Shown here in pieces: positions 1 to 9,900 of a stretch of 64,000 nt of DNA. Source of the stretch: an uncultured delta proteobacterium (GTDB lineage Bacteria > Myxococcota > UBA727 > VGSZ01); assembly GCA_963775425.1 (NCBI GenBank), contig CAVZJB010000012.1, positions 352,001-416,000 on the forward strand. The letters run 5' to 3'. Under the pieces are notes generated by a model. That model saw only the letters and a program-made list of their open reading frames with translations, searched no databases and had not been told where the DNA came from. Numbering within the stretch: the first letter of the stretch is position 1; every line of letters begins with the position of its first letter. Both the position numbers and the translations under genes were made by a program.

Positions 1-1119
1 GATCAGCTTCGGGCGCGCGACGGCGCCGTCCGCTTTGCGCGCGAGGAGCTGAACAGCGGCGCGCCGCCGGACCGGCTCCACTTCCCGTGGGAGCTGTGGC
101 GCAAGAGCGCCGACTTCGGCCTGCTGCAGATGTTCGTCCCCGAGCCGTACGGCGGCGCGCCCGTCGACTGCGTCACCGCGGCGGCCATCCTCGAAGGCGT
201 CGGCTACGGCTGCGCCGATCGTGGCTTCGTGCACGCGCTCTCCGCGCAGCTCGTCGCCAGCTTGCAGCTCGCCATCTTCGGGACCGAGGAACAAAAGCGC
301 GCCTACCTGCCGGCGATGTGTGGCGGCGAGCTGGTGGCGTGTCAGGCCATCACGGAGCCCGGCGCGGGGTCGGACGTCTCGTCCATGCAGGTGCGCGCGC
401 GACGCGACGGCGACGTCTGGCTCGTGAGCGGCACCAAGAGCTACGCGAGCAACCTGCCCATCGCGCACCTCGCCCTCGTCTTCGCCGTGACGGACCCGGA
501 GATGCCGGCGCTCGGCAGGCTGTCGTGCTTCCTCGTCGAGCTGAACGCGTCAGGCGTCGGCCGCAGCGCGCCCTTTCACAAGCTCGGCCTCGACACACTT
601 CAAAACGGCGAGCTCTATCTCGACGCATGTGCGGTGCCGCGGGACCGCTTGCTCGGTGCGGAGGGCTCCGGCGGCGCCATCCTCATGGAGGCGATGGACT
701 GGGAGCGCATCATCTTCTTCGCCGGCGAGGTGGGCTCCCTGCGGCGTCAGCTCGAACGAACCGTGAAGTTCGCCAAAGATCGTCGTCAGTTCAACAAGCC
801 GATCAGCGACTTCCAGGCCGTCTCGCACAAGATCGCCGACATGCAGGTGCGCCTCCAGCTCGGCGAGCTCATCATCTACAAGGCCGCCTGGCTGAAGTCG
901 CAGAGGAAGCCGGCCACGCTCGAAGCCTCCATCGCGAAGCTGTTCGTGAGCGAGGCGAGCCGGACCGGCGCGAGCGACATGCTCCAGATCCACGGAGCGC
1001 TCGGCTACATCGAGGAGTCCGGCGTCGCCGTCGAGCTGCGGGACAGCGCGGCGCTCACCATCCTCTCGGGGACGTCGGAGATCCAGCGCAACATCATCGC
1101 CAAGTTGACGGGGCTGTGA
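1..1119 (+). CDS. Acyl-CoA dehydrogenase family protein, 5'-truncated; resembles aminoacyl(prolyl)-PCP dehydrogenases (PltE/RedW type)
   Basis: Frame is open from base 1 (…FAREELN…FPWELWRKSADFGLL) into ORF 130..1119. ACAD motifs: AITEPGAGSD, GTKSY, RRQFNKPISDFQAVSHKIADM, QIHGALGY, SGTSEIQRNIIA. Its stop overlaps the start of the next gene (GTGA). Confidence 0.85.
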   Translation, partial: DQLRARDGAVRFAREELNSGAPPDRLHFPWELWRKSADFGLLQMFVPEPYGGAPVDCVTAAAILEGVGYGCADRGFVHALSAQLVASLQLAIFGTEEQKRAYLPAMCGGELVACQAITEPGAGSDVSSMQVRARRDGDVWLVSGTKSYASNLPIAHLALVFAVTDPEMPALGRLSCFLVELNASGVGRSAPFHKLGLDTLQNGELYLDACAVPRDRLLGAEGSGGAILMEAMDWERIIFFAGEVGSLRRQLERTVKFAKDRRQFNKPISDFQAVSHKIADMQVRLQLGELIIYKAAWLKSQRKPATLEASIAKLFVSEASRTGASDMLQIHGALGYIEESGVAVELRDSAALTILSGTSEIQRNIIAKLTGL

Positions 1120-2711
1120 GCGCGCGCCTGGTGCAGCACTACGTGGCGGAGAGCGCGCGGACGGCTCCCGCGAAGGTCGCTGCGTGCGGCGGCCCGGACG
1201 ACGAGGCCGTCACCTACGCCGATCTCGAGGCGGGCTCCAACCGCATCGCGCACTGCCTCCGGGACAGCGGCGTCGCACGCCAGGAGCGGGCGATCCTGTG
1301 CATGGCGCGCTCCCCGCGCAGCGTCTGCGCGATGCTCGGCGTGCTCAAGGCGGATGCCGTCTACGTCCCGTTGGCGCCGGCCCAACCCGCGGTGCGCAGC
1401 CGGCGCATCCTCGAGGATTGCGATCCCGCCGCGATCGTCTGCGACGCGGCGGGCGCGCGTTCGCTCCTCCCCCTCGCGCGTGAGGTCGCGCCGAAGGCGC
1501 GCGTGCTCGTCCTCGGAGGGGCAGGCGCCGGCGACGGCGAAAGCGCGGAGGGCGCCCGCCTCTGCGAACGCGACGTCGACGCCTGCTCTTCGGAGGCCCC
1601 GGCCACCGCCAACATCGATCGCGACCTCGCCTACATCCTGTACACCTCCGGATCCACCGGCCGGCCCAAAGGCGTGATGATCTCCCACGCGAACATCCGC
1701 CACTACATCGACTGGGCGGTGGACTTCGTCGGGATCCGCGCCGAAGACGAGCTCCTCTCCACGGCCCCGTTCGAATTCGACATGTCGACGTTCGACATCT
1801 ACTGCGCGCAGAAGGCCGGGGCGACGCTGCACATCATCCCCGACGAGCTCGTCATCTTTCCCACCGCGATGTTGGACTTCATGGAGGCCCACGGCATCAC
1901 CGTCTGGAAGGGCGCCTCCTCCCTGCTGCTCCACCTCGACAAGCTCGGCGCGCTCACGCCCGAGCGCGTCCCGCTCCTGCGCGCGGTGCTCTTCGGCGGT
2001 GACCGCCTTCCCGCGTTCAGCCTCATCCGCTGGATGGAGACCTTCCCCGAGAAGCGCTTCTACAACGCCTACGGCCCCACCGAGGCCACCGGTGTGTCCG
2101 CCTGCTGCCTCATCTCCACACCGCCCGCGGACGCGCGCGCGGCCGTCCCCGTCGGCCGGCCGCGCGCGGGCACCGAGCTCGTGATCATCGACGAGGACGG
2201 CCGACCGGCGCCCGCCGGCGCGCAGGGCGAGCTGTGCATCGGCGGAGCGGGCGTCAGCCGCGGCTACTGGGGCGACGACGACAAGACGCGGCGCGCGTTC
2301 ATTCCCCACCCGGTGACCGGCGACCCGCGCGACCCGGTGCACAAGACCGGCGACCTCGCCTTCCAGGGACCCGACGGCAACTTCCACCTCGTCGGGCGCA
2401 AGGACGACCAGGTGAAGATCCGCGGCTATCGCGTGACGCTCGGGGAGATCGGCGCCGAGCTGTCTTCGCTGCCCGATGTGCTCGACGCCGCCCTGGTGAT
2501 GAGCGCGCGCGGGGACGAGCCGGAGCTGGTCGCCGCGGTCGAGCTCCGTGCGCCCGCCACGCCGGCGGACGTCCAGCGTCTCCTCAAAGGCCGGCTCCCG
2601 CATTACATGGTGCCGGCGAGGATCGTCGCCGTCGACGCCGTCCCGCGCAACGAGCGGGGCAAGCCGGATCGCGATCGCCTGCTACGGCTGGTGCAAAGGC
2701 CGGACGGTTGA
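1116..2711 (+). CDS. Stand-alone amino-acid adenylation enzyme (type II NRPS A domain)
   Basis: GTG at 1116 overlaps the upstream TGA. Core motifs YILYTSGSTGRPKG, FEFDMS, NAYGPTE, GELCIGGAGVSRGYW, KTGD, GRKDDQVKIRGYRV, LPHYMVP, NERGKPDR. No PCP domain. Confidence 0.9.
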   Translation: MSARLVQHYVAESARTAPAKVAACGGPDDEAVTYADLEAGSNRIAHCLRDSGVARQERAILCMARSPRSVCAMLGVLKADAVYVPLAPAQPAVRSRRILEDCDPAAIVCDAAGARSLLPLAREVAPKARVLVLGGAGAGDGESAEGARLCERDVDACSSEAPATANIDRDLAYILYTSGSTGRPKGVMISHANIRHYIDWAVDFVGIRAEDELLSTAPFEFDMSTFDIYCAQKAGATLHIIPDELVIFPTAMLDFMEAHGITVWKGASSLLLHLDKLGALTPERVPLLRAVLFGGDRLPAFSLIRWMETFPEKRFYNAYGPTEATGVSACCLISTPPADARAAVPVGRPRAGTELVIIDEDGRPAPAGAQGELCIGGAGVSRGYWGDDDKTRRAFIPHPVTGDPRDPVHKTGDLAFQGPDGNFHLVGRKDDQVKIRGYRVTLGEIGAELSSLPDVLDAALVMSARGDEPELVAAVELRAPATPADVQRLLKGRLPHYMVPARIVAVDAVPRNERGKPDRDRLLRLVQRPDG

Positions 2712-3947
2712 GAGCTTGCCGGAGCGCTCCGTCGGCAGGTAGTCGACCCGCTCGACGCTCACCGTCGAGGTGCGCAGCACGCTCCCGAGCGCCTCGGTGA
2801 GGCGCTCCCGCTCGCCTTGGGGGAGCTCGCCGTCGGCGAGGTAGCGCAGGACGACCTCGTGCGCGCCGGTCTGCACCAACTGGTACAGCGCGAGGCCGTC
2901 GGGGGCCCCCACGGCGTCGTCGATCTGCCGCGGGGTGACCGGCGGGCCGCCGGGGGCGTGGATCATCCGCGTCGCGCGCCCTTGCATCGTCACGGCCGGG
3001 AAGCCGTGGCCGCACGGGCACGGCTCTTCGAGCAAGCGATAGACGTCCCCCGTCAGATAGCGAACGCGTGGGAGGACCTGGTCGCCGATGCTGGTGACGC
3101 ACAGCTCGCCCGCCTCGCCGGGGGAGGCCCAGCGATCCTCGACGAGCAGCTCGAGGAAGAACGACTTCGCGTTGAGGTGCAGGACGCCGCGCGGACACTC
3201 CATCCCGAGCCAGCCGAGCTCGCTCATCGAGACGACCTCGGACAGCGGCGTCGCCGGCGGGAACGCTGCGGCGAGCCGACGCCGCACGGTCGCCGTCAGC
3301 ATCGCGTTCGTGCACGCGATGGCGCGGACCGCCGGCGGGGAGATCCGGCGGCGCGCCATGTGCCGCGTCAGCAGCCACAACTGGTTCGCGTCTGCGTACA
3401 GCAGATCGGGCGCGTAGTCGCAGAGCTCTTGCGCCGATTGATCGAGCAGCGCCGCCGGCGTCGCCAACAGGTCGTTGTCGGCAGGCAGGAGCAGAGTGCG
3501 GTCGGGAAAAATCCGCTCGGCCATCGGCGCGTCCGCGCCGGGGCGGCCGGGCTCCGTGGAGTTGGGCGCCGCGAGGCGCGCGGTCTTGTAGCCGCGCAGC
3601 GTCAGGGGGAAGCCGAAGGCGGGGTGGATCGCGAGCGTCTCGAGCCACCGTCGCGTCAGGAGGACGCGCGCGCACACGGAGATCACCGGCTCGCCGTCGC
3701 TCCCGGAGCTGCGCGAGCGAACGAGCCACGCGTCGTCCTCACCTCGGCCCCGCGCGAGCATCTCCGAGGACGGGGTGCGCCGGTAGTCGGCCTTCTGCGT
3801 CGTCGGCAGGCGGGACCAGGCGTCCGCCGCGTGGACGTGTTCGGGGCGTACGCCGGCGTCGTCGTACAGCCGCCGGAAGAACGCGACGTTGTCGTACGCA
3901 AACACGGCCTCGGCCCGCGCACGCTCCAGGTTCTCGGGCGTGATCAT
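2682..3947 (-). CDS. PaaK/phenylacetate-CoA ligase-like (F390 synthetase family) adenylating enzyme
   Basis: ATG at 3947 in an ATGA overlap with the PKS-NRPS stop. Motifs AYDNVAFFRRLY, LPTTQKADY, SSGSDGEP, MSELG, ECPRGVLH, GELCVTS, RYLTGD, CPCG, ERSGKL. Confidence 0.85.
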   Translation of the reverse strand: MITPENLERARAEAVFAYDNVAFFRRLYDDAGVRPEHVHAADAWSRLPTTQKADYRRTPSSEMLARGRGEDDAWLVRSRSSGSDGEPVISVCARVLLTRRWLETLAIHPAFGFPLTLRGYKTARLAAPNSTEPGRPGADAPMAERIFPDRTLLLPADNDLLATPAALLDQSAQELCDYAPDLLYADANQLWLLTRHMARRRISPPAVRAIACTNAMLTATVRRRLAAAFPPATPLSEVVSMSELGWLGMECPRGVLHLNAKSFFLELLVEDRWASPGEAGELCVTSIGDQVLPRVRYLTGDVYRLLEEPCPCGHGFPAVTMQGRATRMIHAPGGPPVTPRQIDDAVGAPDGLALYQLVQTGAHEVVLRYLADGELPQGERERLTEALGSVLRTSTVSVERVDYLPTERSGKLSTVRPLHQP

Positions 3948-6900
3948 CCCCGCGTGATCCCGTCGATCATCGTCGCGAGCGCGCGCGCGACGCCTGAGAC
4001 GGCGGGCGGCGTGAGCAGCGTGAAGTGGTCGGCCGGCACGTCCACCACGTCGATGCGGGCGGCGACGGGCGCCCAGCCGAGCGACGCATCCGCGTCTTTG
4101 AACAGCGGTCGTGCGGCGCGGAACAGCGCCAACGGAGCGCGCGCGGGCTCGAGGCGGTGGGCGCGCGCGCCGACCGCGTTCGACCGATAGACGCCGAACA
4201 GATGCAGGGCCTGCTCGACGTCCATCTCGGGCGGGACAAGGCCCGCCGCCCGGGCGCGCTCGAAGCCGGTGCGCAAGGCGCGCTCGGCGCTTGCCCCCGA
4301 CGCGCCGGCGCCGCCGGCGCCGCCGGGAGCGCTCCGGCCGCCGGCGAGGTCGCGCAGGAAGGCCTCGGTCAGCGCGCCGTCGTCGAGGGCCGGCGCCGCG
4401 CCGGGCGCCCAGGTGTCGATCAGCGCGACGAGGGGGACGCTCTCGCCCGCGCGGATCAAGCGCTCCGCCATCTCGACGGCGATGACGCCGCCCGACGACC
4501 ACCCGCCGAGCGCATAGGGGCCGTGGGCGCGGACGGATCGCACCGCCGCCAGGTACGCCTCCACCGCCTCGGTCAACGACAGGGGCGCGGCGCCGGGATG
4601 AACGCCCGGGCATTCGAGCCCGTAAAACGGCCGATCCGTCCCCAGGCCCCTGGCCAGCTCGGCGTAGCAGAGCACGCCCCCGCCGGCGGGATGAACGAAG
4701 AAGAGCGGGGTGCGGTCGCCGCGCGGTTGAATCGCGACGAGCGGTGAGCGCCGTGCGCCGCCGCCGTCCTCGAGCAGCTTCGCCATCTCGGCGATCGTCC
4801 CGCCGCCGGTGAGGACCGTCGACACCGGGAGCTCGCGACCGAAGGCGGCGCGGACGCGGGCCACCAGACGCACGGCCATCAGCGATTGGCCGCCGAGCTC
4901 GAAGAAGTTGTCCTCGACGCCGATGGTCTCCACCTCGAGCACGCTCCGCCAGATCTCCGCCAACCGCTCCTCCAGCGCGTTGCGCGGCGCGGTGCGCTTG
5001 CGCGGCGTCGCCGGCGCCGTCGTGTCCGGCAGCAGCCGCCGGTCGACCTTGCCGTTGGGGCCGAGCGGCAGCGCGTCGAGGACGCCGAAGCTCTGCGGCA
5101 CCATGTACTCCGGCAGCTTGCTCAACAACAACGCGCGCAGCTCGCCCGGCGACGGCGGCGCGCCCTTGTCACCGACGACATACGCCGCGATGCTCTTGGG
5201 CCCACGCTCCTTGCCCCTCACCGTCGCGACCGCCGCGCGCACGCGCGCGTGCTGCAGGAGCGCCGCCTCGATCTCGCCGAGCTCGATCCGGTACCCCTGC
5301 ACCTTCACCTGTTGGTCGTCCCGGCCGAGGAACTCGAGCGTCCCGTCGGGCAGGTACCGCGCGACGTCGCCCGTCCGGTAGAGGCGCTCGCCCGTGCGCG
5401 GGTGGCGAACGAAGCGCTCCGCCGTGCGCTCGTCGTCGCGCCAATACCCGAGCGCGACGCCGGCGCCGCCGATGTAGAGCTGCCCGGGCACGAACACCGG
5501 TCGCGGCTCGAACGCTTGATCCTCCACGTGCAGCGTCTGGTTCCTCATCGGAACCCCGTAGGGGATGCTCGTCGCGCCCGCGTCCACCTCGCCGATGGGA
5601 TGAATCACCGACCAGATCGAAGCCTCGGTCGCGCCGCCGAGGCTCACCACCTCCACCTTGTCGCTGAGCGCGCGCACGCGCTCCGGCAGGTTGACGGGGA
5701 TCCAGTCGCCGCTCAACAAGACCAGCCGCAGGTCGGCGGGCAGGGCGCGGCGGCCGGCGCAGTGCTCGACGAGCATCTCCATCATCGCGGGCACGGTGTT
5801 CCAGATCGTCACCTGGTGGCGCTCGAGGAGATCGAGCCAGTGCGCGGGATCGCTCTGGCGAAGCGCCTCCGGCATGACCACCGCCCCGCCCGCTGCGAGG
5901 GGCCCGAAGATGTCGTAGACGGACAGATCGAACGTCAGCGCGGCGAGCGCGAGGACGCGATCGGCGGGGCCCACGTGGAAGCGCTCGTTGACGTCGACGA
6001 TGGTGTTCACGGCGCCGGCGTGCGTGATCATCACGCCCTTGGGCCGGCCGGTGGAGCCGGAGGTATAGATGACGTAGGCGAGATCCTCGGGCGTCGCCGT
6101 CGCGCCCTCGGCCGAAGCGTCGTCGGCGGCCGCAGCGTCGTCGGCGGGGGCGCCGTCGACGACGATGCGCTCCACTCCCGGCGGCCACACGAGGCGCTGG
6201 TCCACCCGGGGTTGGGTCAAGACCACGCGCACCTCGGCGCTCGCGAGGAGGGCACGCAGGCGATCGGGCGGGACGCCGGGATCGATCGGCAGATAGGCGG
6301 CGCCCGCGTGCAGCACGGCCAGCGCGCCCACCACCTGCTCCCATCCCTTCTCCATGACGACGGCGACCATCGTGTTGGCGCGCGCGTCGCGCTCACGCAG
6401 CGCCCGCGACAGCGCGCGGGCGCGGGCGCCGAGCTCGCCATGGCTCAGGGTCCTGTCGGCCGTGATCACCGCCGGCGCCGCGGCGTCCTTGACGGCGGCG
6501 TCGCGCGCGAGCCCGTGGAGGGTCGCACGGGGCGCGGGCGTCCCCGCCCGGTTCAGCGCGCGCCGCTTGTCGAGGTCCTCCTTCGGCGTCAGCCCCGACA
6601 GCGGCCGCTTCCACGCGCTGGCGTCGGCGGCGAGCGTGCCCACGACGTCCGCGTACGCCCGAAACATCTTCGCGCACACGCCGGGGGGGAACACCTCCTC
6701 CACCATGTCCCAGTTGAAGACGAGCGCGCCTTTGCGCTCGTAGGTCTGGTGGTCCAACAGCACGTGAGGCGTCTGGATCACGCCGTAGCTCCAGGCGTCC
6801 GCCCACTCCCGCGGGAACGGCTCCTCGGCCCCGAGCAGCGTGGCGAACACCACCGGCATCAGCGCGCGCGCGGAGCCGTGCAGACGATTCAGCTCCCGCA

Positions 6901-9900
6901 CCACCTCGACGCCGCTCACGAGCCCGTGCTCCATCGCCTCGGCGAGCTGCTCTTGTACGTCACGCGCGCGTGTGACGAACGCGTCGCGCGCCGAGAGATC
7001 GATGTCGAGCAGGAGCGTCGAGCTGAAGTTGCCCACCACCCGATGCACCTCCGGGTGAAACGGCGGGCGGCTCTGCACGAGGACGTTCATGCCGAAGCGC
7101 TGCGACTTGCTCCAGGCGCCGATGACCTCGGCGAAGGCGGTGGCGAGCGCCGCGGTGGGTGTGAGTCCCAGCTCCGCCGCGGTGGTCTTGAAGCGACGCC
7201 AGGCGACCGCCTCGATCCGCTCGGTGCGGTGGCCGAAGCGCGGCCGCCCCACCGCGGCGAGGCTCTTTTCAAGCGGCAGCTCGGGACCCGAGGGGAACGT
7301 CGGCAAGCGGCGCCACCAATACTCCCGGTCGCGCGTATAGGCTTCCGTCCCCTTCTGGGCTTCGATCGCGAGCCGGACGTCGCGGGGACCCAGGGTGAAG
7401 GGCGGCAGCGCCGCGGCCGGATCACGATAGAGCGCCGCCATCTCGTGGAGGATGGTTCCGAGGCTCTCGCCGTCGGCGGCGATGAGCGCGAACGACACGT
7501 GGACGCGCGCCGAGAGGTCGGGGCGCCGCACCACCACCCACTCGAACAGCGGCCAGCGATCCGTGCGCGGGCCCCGCTGCGTCATGTCTTCGCGCACCTC
7601 GGCCAGCGCCTGCTCCACCTCCGCCGCGCCGGCGTGGCGGAGATCGCGGACGGCGAGCGCCGGCCTGACCGGCTCGTCGAGCACCCGCACCATCCCGTCG
7701 TCGGTGACGACGGCGCGGAGCATCTCGTGGCGTTCCACCACGCGCTCGAGGGCCCGCTGGAGACGGTCGAGATCCAGCTCCTGGAATTCGTACTCGACGT
7801 AGAAGTGGCCGAAGACGTTGCCGAGCTCGAAGTGGGCTGCCTGCCCCATCCAATACGCCTGCTGCAGATCGGTGAGCGGGAACGGCCCGTCGCGCTCCTG
7901 CGGCGACGATGACGACGATGACGACGACGGCGGCGACGCCGGCGCGGCGGACGGCTCTCCCGCCACCGCCGCCGTCTCCTTCCGCGACGCGGGCTCGAGC
8001 TTGTGCAAGACGTGCTCGGCCAACTGGGCGAGCGTCATGCGCGAGAGCAGATTGGCGAGCCGCACCGAGACGGAGAGGTCGGCCTCGAGCGCGCTGCGCA
8101 GCTCCATGCCCATGAGCGAGTCGAGGCCGAGCTCGCGCAGCGGCTGATCGACGGAGAGCGACGCCGACGGGATGCGCAGGATCCGGCTCGCGTGCGCCGC
8201 GAGGTACTCCGCCACCAAGGCGGGTCTGCGGGCGGCGTCGGCGACGACGAGCGCGTCGGCGGTGGGCGCGCTCGCGGGCGGCGGGCTCGCCGGCAGCGGC
8301 TCCGCGCTCTTGGCCTGGGCCGTGAGCCGCGACAGGAACGGCAAGCGCGCCGCGCGCGGGTACAGGCGGCCGAACTCCCTCCAGTCCACCGGGATGACGA
8401 GCGCTTCCGTGGCGCCCTGCTGGACGAGCTGCTCGAGGAGCACCAGGGCCTCGGCGGGATCCATGCCGGACATCGCGCGGGGAGAGCTCTGTCCGCCGTC
8501 GAGGACGTCGTCGGCCATCCCCCCTTCCTTCCACATGCCCCAGTTGACCGAGAGCGCGGGGCGGCCGAGCGCGCGGCGGTGATGGGCGAGCGCATCGAGG
8601 AAGGCGTTGCCTGCAGCGTAGTGGGCGAGCTGCGGTGAATTCAGGATCGACGACGCCGACGAGTACAGGACGAAGAAGTCGATGGGTTGGTCCAGCGTCG
8701 CCTCGTGCAGCGTCCAGGCACCATCGACCTTCGCCCGCGCCATCGACTCGTAGTCGTCCGCCGTCATCTCCGCGACGGGGCGGAGGCTGCCGACGCCGGC
8801 GCAGTGGATCACGCCGCGCAGCGGGCGCGCGCCTCCCGCGATCGCGCGCTCGATCACGGCCGACAGCGCCGCGCTGTCGCCGACGTCGGCGGCGGCGACG
8901 GTGACCGCGGCCCCGAGCGACTCGATCTCGCGAATCCTTGCGATCTGCTTTCCCGCGGGGCTCTGCGGATCGACCCGGTCCCACTGTCCCCGGTCGGGCG
9001 GCGTGCGGCGCGAGACGAGGACGATGTGGCCCGCGCCGTTGTCGGCCAACCAACGGGCGGAGTGCAGCCCGAGGGCACCGAGCCCGCCGGTGATGAAATA
9101 GGTCCCGTCCTGCGCGAGCGGGGCGATCTTCTCGAGCCGGCGGACGACGCGCATGCGGGACAGGCGCGCCAGATGCCGGCGGCCGTCGCGGTACGCGACC
9201 TGATCTTCGGCGTCCTCGGTGCGCAGCTCCCCCAACAAGTCGGTGGCCGCCTGGGTGGGGGACGCGTCGGGGTCGAGGTCCAAAAGGCCGCCCCACAGCG
9301 AGGGGTGCTCGAAGGCGAAGCTGCGACCGAAGCCCCACAGCGGTGCCTGCTCGACGCTGATGGGGTCGTCCGCGGCGACCGCCTGGCACCCGCGGGTGAC
9401 CATGAACAGGCGCGCCGCGCTCCTGGACTCTTCCGGGATGAGCGCCCGCGCCGCGTGGAGGGCGGCGGTGATCGTGCGCCGCTGGTCCGCTCCGAGCGTT
9501 TCGCGCGCCGCGTCCAGGGCCGCCAGCAGCACCACGCCGCGGATGGGTCCCTTCTGCGCCGCGGTGCGCACGAGCGCCTGCACCGTCTCCATTTGCGTCG
9601 CGTCCTCGGTGCGCGCGAGGAGGCACCGCTCGCCCTCGCGGGTCAACAAGCGCGACAGCTCGGCGCCGGTTCCGTCCCGGCCGCCGATGACGATCCAGGA
9701 CCCCGGCGCGCGCGCGCGCCATCGCTCCGCGGCCACCGGCGGCGGCGCCGGCTCCCAGCCGAGGTTGTAGAGCCACTCCAACCGCTCCGGCGCGTCGACG
9801 GCGATGCCGGACTCGAGGATCTGCAGCTCGAGATCCTCGATCTCGAGCGCGAGCCGGCCGTCTTGATCGTAGGCGCGCACGTCGACGGAGAAGGAGTCGG

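Noticed and set aside
87-1115. N-terminal 343 aa of the 874-aa ORF, suggesting a fused protein
   Set aside because: Arg-rich off-frame read-through over the dehydrogenase; the real A domain starts at the GTGA overlap at 1116.
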